Source: Catajapyx aquilonaris
Taxonomy: Eukaryota
Assembly: GCA_000934665.2 (NCBI GenBank)
Contig: JYFJ02001671.1
Span: 1 to 64,000 of the forward strand
DNA: 64,000 bases
Direction: 5' to 3'
Below are positions 28,101 through 39,150 of this stretch, piece after piece (positions within the stretch are counted from its first letter, which is position 1; each line of letters begins with the position of its first letter). The notes beneath the pieces are model-generated. The model was not told where the DNA came from and ran no database searches. It saw only the letters and a program-made list of their open reading frames with translations. The position numbers and the translations under genes were made by a program.

Positions 28101-31100
28101 CCTCTCACGGATTTCCCACCAAAATCCAGATTTGGAACCGGGATCATGACTCCAAAGCGGATTTCCTGCTCAGGTCCGCTTTTTTTAAAAAACTCTCTCC
28201 CTAGTGACCTACCCCTCTCACTATTTTTTTAGAGGGAATAAGGGGGATGGAGCGTGGGAAAATTTCAAGTGTTCGCCCCCCCCCTGTCGATTGGGAATGT
28301 TCAGAAAGATAAACGTAACCGACTTTTTTCCCCATTGCAAATCAATCGATATTCCGGGGGTGCTATATTAAACCGATTTATATTTTCCTCCGGATCGTAC
28401 GGATTATATTACGGGAGAATATGTTTCGATCAAGATTTTGGGTTGGGAGGTCGATACAGAGCAGAAGAAAACACTGACAAGATTTCCAATAAATTCCCCC
28501 AGGGGTTTACCCTTCCAAACTGCCAAACACCGCCATTTTTTGCGATTTTTTTTTCTGTTTCTCTGAAAAGCGTCTCGAACGCGTCTACTTCCTGCTCAAA
28601 AATAAACATGTTGGTGCATCATAAATTGAAATTTTTATCCTGGGGTTTACTTTATTCGCATGCAGAATTTATATTTTCTTTCGCAGTAGAGATTTTTCCG
28701 GTCCCATCAACCCCCATCCATTCAGTGCGGTTTGGAAGCCAGCGACTTTAATTTGATTCGACGCGATAAATATATAAACCTCCCCGGATAAAATTATTCA
28801 TGGAAGTTCGATTCGATGCCTGGATGCCCTGGACGTAGTCTCCCGGATTCTCCGGAGTAAGGAAGAGGGGAAGCCCACACCTGCGTCACTTGGCTCCGGA
28901 CATCCTTTCCTCATCATCCAGGATGCACCCTAAGGAAATTGGGAGAGATTTACCTCCGACAAGCATTATGCAGGAACCTAGCATCCGGATGATCCGGGGA
29001 TGTTTTTTTTGGCTATTTTTGTGCGTTCAGACCACATCTGGGACTAGAATTTGCCAACGAAATGTGATCAGGAAAAGTGCACTTCATAGATGTGTAATTA
29101 CTGGCTGAAGCAGGGACGTACGGAATACTACATATAGTGGGCCAATCCTAGGCAAAACTACACGTAGTATTATATCCCTAGCACAGATGGCGCATATCTG
29201 CCGTCCCAAGGAGAAATGCCCTATCTACAAAACATTGTCCTTACTGGTTTTGGAGATAGGGCATTTCTCCTTGGGGCGACAGATATGCACATTCTCAGGG
29301 TCGCGGTACTACTGAATCTAGCTAATGATAACCTCGGACAAACAGAGGCACAGACTCTAGCCAATTGTACATAGTACATAATTATAGTACAATACCTAGG
29401 GGCTGAATTTGCTTCGTGTATTATCACCAAGTGTAGCCTTAACTTTACAGTGTGCAGTACACTTCGAGCCGATTTTAATCAGTATAGTTAACGCTGGATA
29501 AACACAGGCCGTTAATATGAGCTCCGGTTAATTGCTGAACGAGCAGTTAAAAAGGGACGTAACTTTTGAGCCCGAAGCCTTTTCCAAACCCTTATCTCAT
29601 ATGACGGCCTCGTTTACTTTACCTGAAGGCCCTTTTGTATATAACTCAGGGTCCCTCTCTCCGTAGTACCAACATGCAGAAATCAAACTTGCAAATTGGC
29701 GAGGGCTTAATTAGCTCCTGTTTCTGGCAGATACGCAACTTGAATGATGCGTCACGCCTTCTGCGTAACGGTTTCCGATAGCTTGTCGATACTGAGAACT
29801 ATATAGTAGGCTGCTTAGCGTGACTTACTGTTAGCCGAAGAGGGAAAAGTGATTATCATTCTGCGCATGCGTGTTTTGATAGATCCTATGCGCATGCGCT
29901 GACTGAAAATGTGAGCATGCGTGTTATTGGTAGCCTCTATGCGCATGGGCTGACTGAAAATAGGCGCACGCGCACAGGATATCCCAATGGTAATAACGCG
30001 CATGCGTCCTCCTACCCAAGATGATGCGCATGCGCAGGATGGACCGCGTTATATGCGCATGCGCAGAGTGAAACACGTGACTTTCCCCCCGCCCTTCTGG
30101 TGACGTGTGGACTAGAGCAGTGTTTAAGTTACTCCACGTTTAGAAGTTAGTCAGCTGTCTCTGAATTCCGTCCTTAGTGTATATGTACAGGCTATATTTA
30201 AGGGGGGCTTAGCTGACTCCCTGGGTGTTGTGAATCGGGCACCTGTTGCGAACAGAGTGAGTTGGGGGAGGGGCCACCAACCACTCTCTCCGGAAATTCC
30301 GGCGCTTCTCTTCATCCCTGCCCGGATTCCAGCATCCATTGTCGGTCCCCCCTCCCCCTTTATACCTCCCGGAGCGCAGGGGGGGACCAATCGATGCCAT
30401 CGGATGCCAGACTTAACAGGTGGCTGCCGGCTTGCCTTTATATACACCCCTCTCAGTTCTTTACCGACTTCCGGTCTACAGATTGTTCGGTCCAGCAACC
30501 GGAACAATCCCGAGATTCGTCAGGGCCAGGTCATTGTTGGGAAGATCTTTCCTATACGCGACTAAGCGACGGGAGTTGAAAGGTCGCGTCCGAATGCACG
30601 TGGAAAAACCACAATAACGTTCGTTGGTCCGCAATTTTTGCGGCTAATTGTTCGTCTCTATTGTTACAGCTGTACGTGTTGAGGCAGCTGAACCAGGGTC
30701 CGGAGGACATGCCCAAGGCGCCTCTGGGCAACAATGTGAGGCCAATACAATCGCTGCACCATCGCACCGTCCGAACCAACATCGACTTCAACCACAGAGA
30801 GGTATTTGTTGGTGGCACTTACCACCCCCCATGTCATGCTCTGTCACACTTTGCATCACTCCCCCTCGAGTTGGGCCATTACATGATGCTGCTTCTTCCG
30901 CATCCTCCGGATGCTGGGCGCCGGTCCAAACTCTCAGCAGGCATAATCCTGCAAACAAAACTTTCCCCTTCTGACCAACCCCTGTGCACACCTCTCTTAC
31001 TCTTCTAACTGCGACATAACTCAGTTGGAATTGCTCAAGTTTTTCAAAACTCTCCCTCCCCTTCTTTCCTTGCTTCCTTTTTTGGTCCCATCCAGTTGAT

Positions 31101-33573
31101 TCACCCCCTCCCCATTTCCCGGAGCAACAACAAACTTTTGAGAAAAGAGCTATTGGCCAGCGGCTGCTGAATATACACTACCAACCAACTTCACTTCCGG
31201 CCCCGAGGAAACTTGCCCCGCTTTTTGTGCATGGTAGCCTCACCCCTCCGGATATTTCCGGGTGTTTCCGGGCTACCCTGGACGTTGATAACGTCCGAGC
31301 GCTTCCGACATGTCTATGGCCATTTATGCACTCTCTATATGTAATGTTCTCTTTACAGGGAAAGGCCTGCCCCACCATGTACAGGGAGATGTATTACAAG
31401 GGTAAGTCATTCGCAATTCATTTACTGCAAAACGTGGCAACACTGCCTGAACGTAGTACCATATCCCTCACATAGCTGGAGAAGCCAATTCGATTGATAA
31501 ATCCGGATTTTAGACTGAGCTCCAACTTTATTTCTTAACTCACGATTTGGTATGGAGCACCTCATCCGGTATTGCTTTTTTTTGTGTTGCCAGAAAATAA
31601 GTGAGCAAACTTTCCATTCCCGCAATGCAGTCACCCCCCTCCCTCTTCCCCCCTTTCTGTATACTCTCTTTTTTCCCCCTAGTTCGTACTCGGGAGAAGC
31701 GGCGATTTATTCCTATCGTCTGCATGTAGATGGATGACTATCGAGAGGAGCTTGGCACCTATTTCCTCTTATGCGAAGGAGGGGGGTAGGAAATCGATCT
31801 AAAAACCCAACACTCGCTTCCTCACTCCATTTGTTGATTCCATGCACATTCGCTTCACTCACACTTCGGCAGATTTGCCAGGGAAAAAAATGTGTATACA
31901 TGTTGCGTAAGGGCCGAATGTATAGCAGCGATTTGTCGCCGCGACTGTAAACCATCGCTTTCCACTGATGTCAAGTAGCAGTGATTTGTCACGGCTGCTA
32001 CAAATCACTGCTTTCGAATAACTGTGATTAGTAGCAATGATTTGTCACTACTGCTTTACAGGCCGAATGTAGCAGTGATTTGTCACGGCTGCTACAAATC
32101 ACTGCTTTCGAATCACTGTGATTAGTAGCGGTGATTTGTCACCATACTGCTTCACAGGCCGAATGTAGCAACGATTTGTCACTGCGACTACGAATAACTG
32201 CTATTCACTGGCAGTGTCAAGTAGTAGCGATTTATCATTGCTGCTTTACTGGGCTGAATGTAGTCACGATTTGTCACCGCGACTGTAAATCACTGCTTTC
32301 GAATAACTGTGATTAGTAGCAGTAATTTGTCACTGCTGCTTTACTGGCCGAATGTAGCTGCGATTCGTCATCGCGACTGTAAATCACTGCTTTCCACTGG
32401 CGGTGTCAATCAAGTAGCAGCGATTTATCATTGCTGCTTTAGGACCGAATATAGCAGTGATTTGTCACTGCGACTTCAAATAACTGCTACTCACTGGTGG
32501 TGTCAAGTAGCAGGGATTTGTCATGGCCGCTTTAGATCCGAATGTAGCAGTTATTTGTCACTGCGATTTCGAATAACTGTTATTCACTGGCAGTGTCAAG
32601 TGGCAGTGATTTATCACTGCTGCTTTACGTGCTGAATGTAGCCACGATTTGTCACCGCGACTGTAAATCAATGCTTTCCACTGACGGTTCCAGTAGCAGA
32701 GATTTCTCACTGCTACGTCAAATTACTGCTATTCACCGACGTTATCCAGTAGCAGCGATTTGTCACCGCGACTACAAATTACTGGCGGTGCCCAGTAGCT
32801 GCGACTACAAATCGCTGGTTTCTGCAGCCAAGAAAGCGGAACAATTGGCCCCAGAGAGCCGAACTTTTCCTTGCAAAGTTGGGGGCATGTAATTTGGGTG
32901 TGGTAGGACAGTCTGCGTGGTTTTATACGACTCTATAATAATATATATATCAGCGGGCGTCGGTGGCGTCGGATTGGAGCTGCCCCCGGCGCCTCCACTT
33001 TTATTAGTCAAGATGCTAATTCGAGTAATTGGATCGTCTCCGGCCCCTCGCCCTCTTGATTTCTTGGGGGCTTTTAATTTGGGCTGTTGCGGCTGCCTGG
33101 GTTTCCATTCCCCATCCTCCCCGCCTCTCCCCACTATCCTCCTCTCCCCCCTCCCCAATTCCTGGATCATCCCCTCGTTTGCATATTTATTATGCTGAAA
33201 CCGGGCAGCTCTCCCGAATGTCTCTGCACTCTGCCTGTGCAATACTACTTCATTAACATACCCTCTTTTTTTTGTACCAATCTCCCTAGGAGAGATGGAA
33301 ATTCATGTTCATGCTATGCCTTCTATAGGGATGTCGCCATCTTTCTTTCATTTCGAATCTGGCCCCTGCAGCAAAAATGTTTCGGACAAGTGGTGCATAC
33401 TTTGGGACCATGTTTGTTGTACATTTCTGAGGCGAAATTGCTCTAGTTTATTCTGGCCATTTCGGCTTCGCTACTGAAATAATAGCATAGGGCTCATCTT
33501 GCACGTTAGGCGACACGATTCTAATTTGTCATTTCTTGCAGCCAACCAGTGGCCGATTCCTGATGGACTTTGA
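741..33573 (+). CDS. CA10: Carbonic anhydrase-related protein (CARP, CA10/CARP-X-like), 3' part of a multi-exon gene; 5' exons lie upstream of the window
   Basis: Exons 741-807, 22508-22662, 30670-30801, 31359-31401 and 33542-33573 all have AG/GT boundaries and compatible phases (1,0,0,1). Joined: IGDTPNPELRIITALFNQVFHRGKSVDVHHMSLRELLPDTEHYLTYEGSTTHPGCWETTTWILMNKPIYITKQELYVLRQLNQGPEDMPKAPLGNNVRPIQSLHHRTVRTNIDFNHREGKACPTMYREMYYKANQWPIPDGL* (142 aa). The YEGSTTHPGC, NxRPxQ and CPTMY motifs are typical of invertebrate CARPs. Confidence 0.9.
2655..3225. repeat. Degenerate tandem repeat (AAAATAGCAGTGA/AGCGA-rich)
   Basis: Recurring aaaatagc(a/g)g(t/c)ga and cgcagcgacaaaa units; related arrays at 4075-5035 and, reversed, 15400-16140. 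Confidence 0.65.
4075..5035. repeat. Degenerate AAATAGCAGTGA array interrupted by a SINE
   Basis: Many aaatagcagtga/tagtagcag units on both sides of 4521-4852. Confidence 0.65.
4521..4852 (-). mobile_element. tRNA-derived SINE with (TTA)n tail
   Basis: Minus-strand A-box-like TGGTGGAGTGG and B-box GGTTCGAGCCC at the head; (AAT)n 4519-4572 as tail; flanking direct repeat AAATAGCAGTTAT at 4508-4520 and 4853-4865. Confidence 0.75.
6362..6541. mobile_element. PIF/Harbinger-type MITE (180 bp)
   Basis: TIRs AGGCCCATTCACACAGGCCGTCGACGGTTTTGGTT / AACCAAAACCGTCGACGGCCTGTGTGAATGGGCCT; TTA duplication at 6359-6361 and 6542-6544. Confidence 0.85.
8783..9076. mobile_element. Tc1/mariner-type MITE with ~75-bp terminal inverted repeats
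   Basis: TA|CAGTGTGTTTCGCCTTTTTTGTCCGAACAGTTATCGG...GTGACTTGC mirrored by GCAAGTCAC...CCGATAACTGTTCGGACAAAAAAGTTGAAACACCCTG|TA. Confidence 0.8.
9958..10164. mobile_element. Tc1/mariner-type palindromic MITE, 207 bp, copy 1
   Basis: TA|CAGGGTGGTCCA...TGGACCACCCTG; almost entirely palindromic; near-identical copy at 49548-49754. Confidence 0.85.
11370..12030. repeat. AT-rich low-complexity/minisatellite tract
   Basis: Repeated taatagtgaatataataatgcata and aatattctaataaataatact units. Confidence 0.85.
15684..15937 (-). mobile_element. tRNA-derived SINE (second family, similar 3' end)
   Basis: Minus head GGTGGTCTAGTGG...GGGGTTTAAATCCC; 3' end CCCTAAGAGGGC...CACGGGGTA resembles the tail of the 4.5-kb SINE and a fragment at ~51160-51212. 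Confidence 0.6.
17403..17519. mobile_element. Short palindromic MITE family (TTTTGTCCCACTGCTAG...CTAGCAGTGGGACAAAA)
   Basis: Inverted termini; related degenerate copies at ~38285-38440 and ~49435-49542. Confidence 0.6.
17522..17603. repeat. (TTTA)n microsatellite; complementary (AAAT)n at 17867-17919
   Basis: Directly visible. Confidence 0.95.
19127..19395. mobile_element. Degenerate Tc1/mariner-type MITE containing a perfect 38-bp inverted repeat
   Basis: TA|CAGGGTG...CACCCTG|TA termini; internal arms 19261-19298 and 19314-19351. Confidence 0.55.
21165..21512. repeat. 31-bp minisatellite (TAGTTAGACCCAACTAGTCTCGGCGACTTAA)n
   Basis: Period 31 (units at 21251, 21282, ...); about 8 near-perfect copies plus degenerate edge copies. 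Confidence 0.92.
22069..22148. repeat. (CT)n microsatellite
   Basis: Directly visible. Confidence 0.95.
22508..22662 (+). CDS. CARP internal exon (KSVDVHH...YEGSTTHPGCWETTTWILMNKPIYITKQE)
   Basis: ttcag|GTAAAAGC...CAGGAA|gtaagt; 155 nt; alpha-carbonic anhydrase GSxTxP motif. Confidence 0.92.
25681..27492. repeat. Degenerate (TTAGG/ATAGG)n pentamer array split by the hAT-type insertion
   Basis: ggataggtta/ggttaggtta units at 25681-25891 and 27320-27492. Confidence 0.8.
25892..27319. mobile_element. Non-autonomous hAT-type DNA transposon (1428 bp)
   Basis: TIRs CAAAGCTGGGCA / TGCCCACCTTTG; exact 8-bp TSD AGAATAGG at 25884-25891 and 27320-27327; sub-terminal AGCTAA/TTAGCT repeats at both ends; no transposase ORF. 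Confidence 0.85.
30670..30801 (+). CDS. CARP internal exon (LYVLRQL...NNVRPIQSLHHRTVRTNIDFNHRE)
   Basis: ttacag|CTGTAC...AGAGAG|gtattt; 132 nt; NxRPxQ motif. Confidence 0.92.
31359..31401 (+). CDS. CARP small exon (GKACPTMYREMYYK)
   Basis: ctttacag|GGAAAG...TACAAGG|gtaagt; 43 nt; CPTM tail motif of CARP-X-like proteins. Confidence 0.85.
31912..32822. repeat. Degenerate tandem repeat (TAGCAGTGATTTGTCAC...AAATCACTGCTTTC)
   Basis: More than 15 recurrences of agcag(t/c)gattt(g/a)tcac. Confidence 0.8.
33542..33573 (+). CDS. CARP terminal coding exon (ANQWPIPDGL*)
   Basis: atttcttgcag|CCAACCAGTGG...TGA; completes G|CC (Ala) from the phase-1 upstream exon; AATAAA signals near 33929-33940. Confidence 0.7.
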
Positions 33574-34027
33574 GGAGGACTGTATTCTTCGTGAGACTAT
33601 GCAACGGACGCCATCGAGCTGTGAGGATGGTTTGTCTGCTCCTGATGGACAGTTTTGAGGTGCGATGGTGGCGGGTGGTTTTGGTGGTTTGATGGTGGCG
33701 GTGGTGGTGGCGGCGACGCCTTTTTGTTTCCTCGGGACGGACGCAGCCAAACTTCGGAAAAACAACTTCGCGCTTCAGTAGTGATTGGGATGTGTCGACG
33801 ACATTTACACGAACATACAACTACACACAACACTTGCTAACTAAACATGGCGCCTTTCCCGCGCAGCTCAACCTCCCTGGTCCCCACATTCCCCCCTTCC
33901 AGCCCCCTCCCTACCACCCATCCCTTTAAATAAATAAAAATAATTTAAAAAATAAAAAAACTCATCGCAAGCAACGACCTAACTCGGGAAGGCTTCACTG
34001 CGCAGGTCCAAAGAGGTGGAACCTTCG

Positions 34028-34102
34028 AGTGACGTCAATCGACAGAAAGTGACGTCAATCGACAGAAAGTGACGTCAATCGACAGAAAGTGACGTCAATC
34101 GA
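34028..34102. repeat. 20-bp tandem repeat (AGTGACGTCAATCGACAGAA) x ~4
   Basis: Period 20; each unit contains TGACGTCA. Confidence 0.9.
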
Positions 34103-35789
34103 AAAGGAAATTAATAAGTGGGCGAAAACTCAGATAAAATTACATCCATTTACATTGGAAAAGTCACAGACGTGAATACGGATTAAAAGTAAATAATACA
34201 TATGCTGTTAGTGCAAACCAGAAATTGTGTTATGTAATCAAGTTTATAATTTTGCTCTGATGTTTTCATACCAATTAACTACATTGATTGGCTGAAAGTG
34301 ACATCAGAAGGTTCCACTGCAGGACAGTTCCCATACCTATAGTTGGAAAGTGTTTTAACTCATCGGTTTAGGCACACACTCGACGACGTTATTTTTGTGC
34401 TATTCGAGAGAGAGAGAAGGGGATTTTGAGGAGAAATAATAAACGAGAAAGGTGGTGCGGAAAATAATAATAAATAAATAAAAATAAAGCTAATAAAAAA
34501 GTCGATAGCAAGAGAGTGTGTGTGGTGAACACACGAAAAAAGAGAGAGAAAAAAATGTGTGGCCCGTTGGGTACATTGCGGACGTGACCGACACAGCTTT
34601 TTGTACTGTGCGTTGTCATAACAATTATAATACTGTGTGCTTCGTGCTGGACTTAAAAAGTCTCGAAATAACTGCAGTAGAGAAGAGAGCGCCATGTGGA
34701 CATAGTTAAGGACGAAAAAAATAATTAATAAAAAAAATATATTTGTTGCCAATATCTGGAGTTGAGACTGTTTCACTTTCAGGTCCTGCAAACGGTAAAG
34801 GTTTGTTGCATGGCATGCATTTTACTACTTATGGTACGCTCGCATAGATGGAGTAGCCTCCCTCTCTGCACACTGCTGCCACTCTCAGCTGTGCGAGGGG
34901 TAGTGGTACTACCAGGTCGGACAAACATCAGAAGGAAAGTAGCATTATAAAGAGCTTGATTGTGGCTTACAATGCAGCTAGCTCTTAACTGCTCGTTAAA
35001 AAACCCGTCATGTAGAGTGGTAGTTAGTGACGTTAGTTATCGTCCGGCGGTGTGGTCCCAAAGGCCCAGTTTTCTTTGGTGGTGGAAACCCGCATGGTTC
35101 CCTTCAGGGGCCCGTAAGAAAAGCCGCGATATGGCTTAGTGCCACTGGGCTCCTGCCTCATTGATAAGGCCCCTTTTTGTTGTCCACTCTCTCCTAGCTG
35201 CTTGTGGATCCAGTCTCAAAAATGCAGCTGCAGGCCCACCCCAGCCAGTGCTGGTTGTGTAGTAGGAACCAGACCCCCCTCCCCAAACAAAGGACCTCCT
35301 TTGTTGACCCTCCTAGACAAAAAGGAGCACCACCAGCAGCACCCATTTTGACCTGCAAAATGCGAACACTGCTTATCTTTTGTTTCCTGCAAAAACTCTT
35401 TTTCCAACATCATGCACTGTTGCTGGAGATAAGAAAGGAACCCGGTTTGTGTCCCGGGCCCGTGTAATTAACGCTGAGGACAATGCCGGATCTATTACGC
35501 TCTCCAATAGAGCATGTGACGGGCTTCACATAGGGGGTTTATCTGCCTAACTGGCCAATGGCGATACGGATGCATGGGGACCAAGTCCCCTTTTGTCCCA
35601 ACAAACTACCAGTGTTGCTAAGTAAAAAAAAAGAGGTCATGTTGGCAATGCCCCTTAGGTCAACTTGCACCTATAGTTGTTGGAAAGTCATATCCTATAA
35701 AACATGTCGTGCCGCTAAAGAATTTCATGAAGCAGCATCTACTGACTTCCTTCCCAATTCTTCCGAGGCCGTTATAATGGACATTGATG

Positions 35790-36050
35790 ACTAGTGAAGC
35801 CATTGCCAAAATTAGGCAAAACCTATTACCAGTATGATAGCGACAATCAAACAGCTTGGCTCGCCGATTTACCACGTAGTACACTTCTTCGGTCATAGAT
35901 GGCGCAGACTCCCTCTGCACACTCCTGCCACCATCCTCGTGCGAGAGATATCGGTACTATCAGGTCGGACAAACATCCGACGGAGAGAATAAGTCTATTA
36001 GGAAACCTAGGTTGGAGTCTGTGCTTCTGTTTGTCCGGGGTGAACCAGGT
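35790..36050. repeat. Dispersed repeat family carrying CATAGATGGCGC and GGACAAACAGAGGCACAGACTC motifs (most complete copy)
   Basis: Related fragments at ~8385-8460, 9078-9135, 13600-13690, 14200-14405, 20130-20305, 21030-21135, 29160-29360 and 34835-34930. Confidence 0.65.
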
Positions 36051-39000
36051 GCGACAGGTTCCACAGTTTGTTCCCCTTTAGTAAGAAGACACAAAGAAAA
36101 AGTATAATTTGGGCAATATGACAGTGGCGTGAGTATGTCCGAGATGTGCATGTGACCCCGCCCACCCCTTCGAGGGCTATTTTGTGACCACTTTTTTTTG
36201 TAGTTTCCTAACCCCGACCCCAATTAGAGAGTCCAGCTGGATGAGAGAGAGAGAGAAAAAAAAAAGTTGGGCCAGCACTCGCTGTAATTGGTCAGGCCAC
36301 GTGGGTCATCCACCCACGCATGTGTGCGTGACATGCCAAAAAAAAGTGCGTCGCGAAAAAATTGGTGAAATATTGGGATGAGTTATCAGAAATCAATTTT
36401 TAGGCGGGGTCAATGCAAAACTTATTACGATTATTAGTCGACAGGGAAATGTGGGGAAATGATCCTATGAAGTTGAAGGCAAAATGAGAATTAATCGAAC
36501 AAAACAATTTCGCACAATATTTTCACAAAAAAATCACAAAATTATCGCACAAAATATTTTCACAAAAAATTGATACTATTATTGCACATTTGCACAAAAT
36601 AATTTAACAAAGTTCGCGCAAAATAACTTGCCAAAAACTTGCACAGAAATATCACAAATGTGCATACTTTTGATTCCTAGGCAGTCAGCAAACTGAGAGG
36701 TTATTTTTCCGCAAATTTTTGTGCCAATAATCCCCATGTCTTTGTGTTTTTGGCTCAGGGGCTTTTCTTCTTCTGTCGTATCTTTGACTTCTCTTTTTCT
36801 TCTTGGGTTTTTTTTTTGGGTGGGTGGTGTATATATATTTTTTGTTGTTGTGTGGGGGAGGATGAGGAAAAGTCCCCCTCTTTTCTGTTGGCGTGTCCGG
36901 ATCGATACTAAACGGGGGAGGCTTTCTCTACCCTGCTTTTCTCCGGGGGATTGGGAGACACTAAAACTCAATTAAAATCCCGCCAGTCGCCTAGGGGCCA
37001 CACCCTCTTTAAGAGACGCTCATAAATGGGACAGACTCTGAAAAAAAAAGGTTAAAGGATACGATCCACCTCTTTTTTTTGTCAATTTTTGAGCACCGCG
37101 CAGGTGCCTAGGATATTGCTACCGGTCTTTTCAGGACGTCTATAGGAATCAATTTAAAGCCAAGGCGTGATTTTTATAGATTGGATCTGCATCATTAAAT
37201 TATCCTCACAAATATGACAAATTCGTTGCGAATTATTTAATTCATTTATGGCAAAATAATTGCTCGAAGCACGTTTTAAAAGTGGAATTGTATTCAAAAT
37301 TAGTACCTTACAATTACGAGGGTAAGCAAACAAATGACACAAAGCAAAATTAGCCCAAGAAGTTTGCATAAGTTGTAAAAAAAAATCATTACCAGTATTC
37401 AAGGTCGTCAAAGTTGACCTTGAAATCAGTATAATTGTGCCAACCTGCCGCGCATGTGAACTGCAAGTCCGAACTATTTGTTGCTCTGTTTTAATTCAAC
37501 CGGAAAAAAATTGGACATTTGTGGTCCCCAGGAAAGTGGACTAAAAAAAAAACAAGTCCCGCGGGATGTGTTTCGGGAGCATAAATAATCTGCATATTCT
37601 GCGGGATTGGCACTTGGCCCTGGTGTTTTTCGGCTTGTTTATTCATAGGTTGTAGGATGGTGAGAGGGGGGCCTGGGCTACAAATGATGCAATCCATTGG
37701 ATGTCAGCCCACGGGCAGCCCCGGGGAATGACCCAAGCATTTAGACTGGAGGGCAAAAAGAAAACAAGGGTTGACAGATTTCATGCATTGTTTAAAAATA
37801 AAGCATATTTTTAGTCTGCATTAAAATGAGTAAAAGGAGCTGTTGGCTGCAAGATTTTTGATCTTTTGGTAGGTCGTTTAGTGCAGGTATTTAATCATGG
37901 TGTGAGGGCGGGGCCAACAACAACTTTTATTTTTTTTAAAAGAGAGAGAGAGCAAAGTGCACTTTCCCTCCAAGTGAATGATGGATGGAAAGTTGGCAAT
38001 CTGTCACTCGGTGGGGCGTGAGAAATGGGGGTGGGTCTCTTGCTCAGGGAGGCTAAAGCGAGGATTTGCAACTCCTTTCATCGCCTCAACTTCTAACATC
38101 ATCTTCATTCACCTCCGTCGCGACGACGACGCCCCCAACACCCCTCCCCCCCATTTGCTACAAGATTGCTCATGCCTATTTGCTGAGTGTGGGCCAAAAT
38201 GGGCGGGGAGGATTTCCCGAGGGAGGACTAACCAGCAGGATACCCCCTATACTTCCATCCAGCAGGATATTCGGGTAGGAGAGATTGAGTCCCACTGCTA
38301 GTTACTAACTTACCAGTAGTTGGAACTGCTACTGCTAAAATGCACGATTTGAGCCTCTGTCGCACGACCAAACAATTTGCGACCGAGGCTAAACAGGCCT
38401 TGAGTTAGCAGTATGTAGAGGTGGGACAAATGTCTACTCCAGCAGCGACCCGTTAAGAAGTGTCTAAACATGCCCGGTTTAATTGTTGATTACTGGTCTT
38501 TGGTGTGAACAATCTTTTGTGTTCGTGCACATTTTTACCGTGCGGTAATATTGTTGCGCGAGTTCGTTTCCAATGTGGGAGAAGGCAGGAAATTTTTACG
38601 GAGTGTGCGTACCTTCCACTAGTTGGAAGCACGGGGCGCTTGGTCGTTTAGAGTGCTCCAGTCTGCCAGGAGATGTCTCCTCAATTTTCGATGTAACTAA
38701 CAACAAATAATGGCGGTATGTGCATTAGCTAAAGTACATTACGGAAGTTAAGGTATGGCCGTAAACAATCTCATTATTTTTCTCAATGCATGCTTGATCA
38801 GTCATGCTGGGAAGGAGTGTCGTATGGTAGTACTCAAATGTGTGTTTAAATCAAAGTTTAATGCAGTACGGTAGTACTAAAAACGATACGGGTCCAAGAA
38901 AACCATTCGCCGCATGCGAAAATAATACATGAGAAAATCTGTTTTAAAAAAATTACAAAAAAGCCCGCCTGCACAATAAGTATGGGGAGGTAGAGATGTG

Positions 39001-39150
39001 TCCAACTTCACCTATAGAAGACGGCACTGGTCGGATAGATCCACGAGCTTCTCAATGTGGCTAGGGAGTGTAGGGGGAGGCTAATCTCCTGGTAGAGATG
39101 CAAATTCCAAGATAACTGCTCCGCCACTGGTTTACGTTCATTTATCTTAA

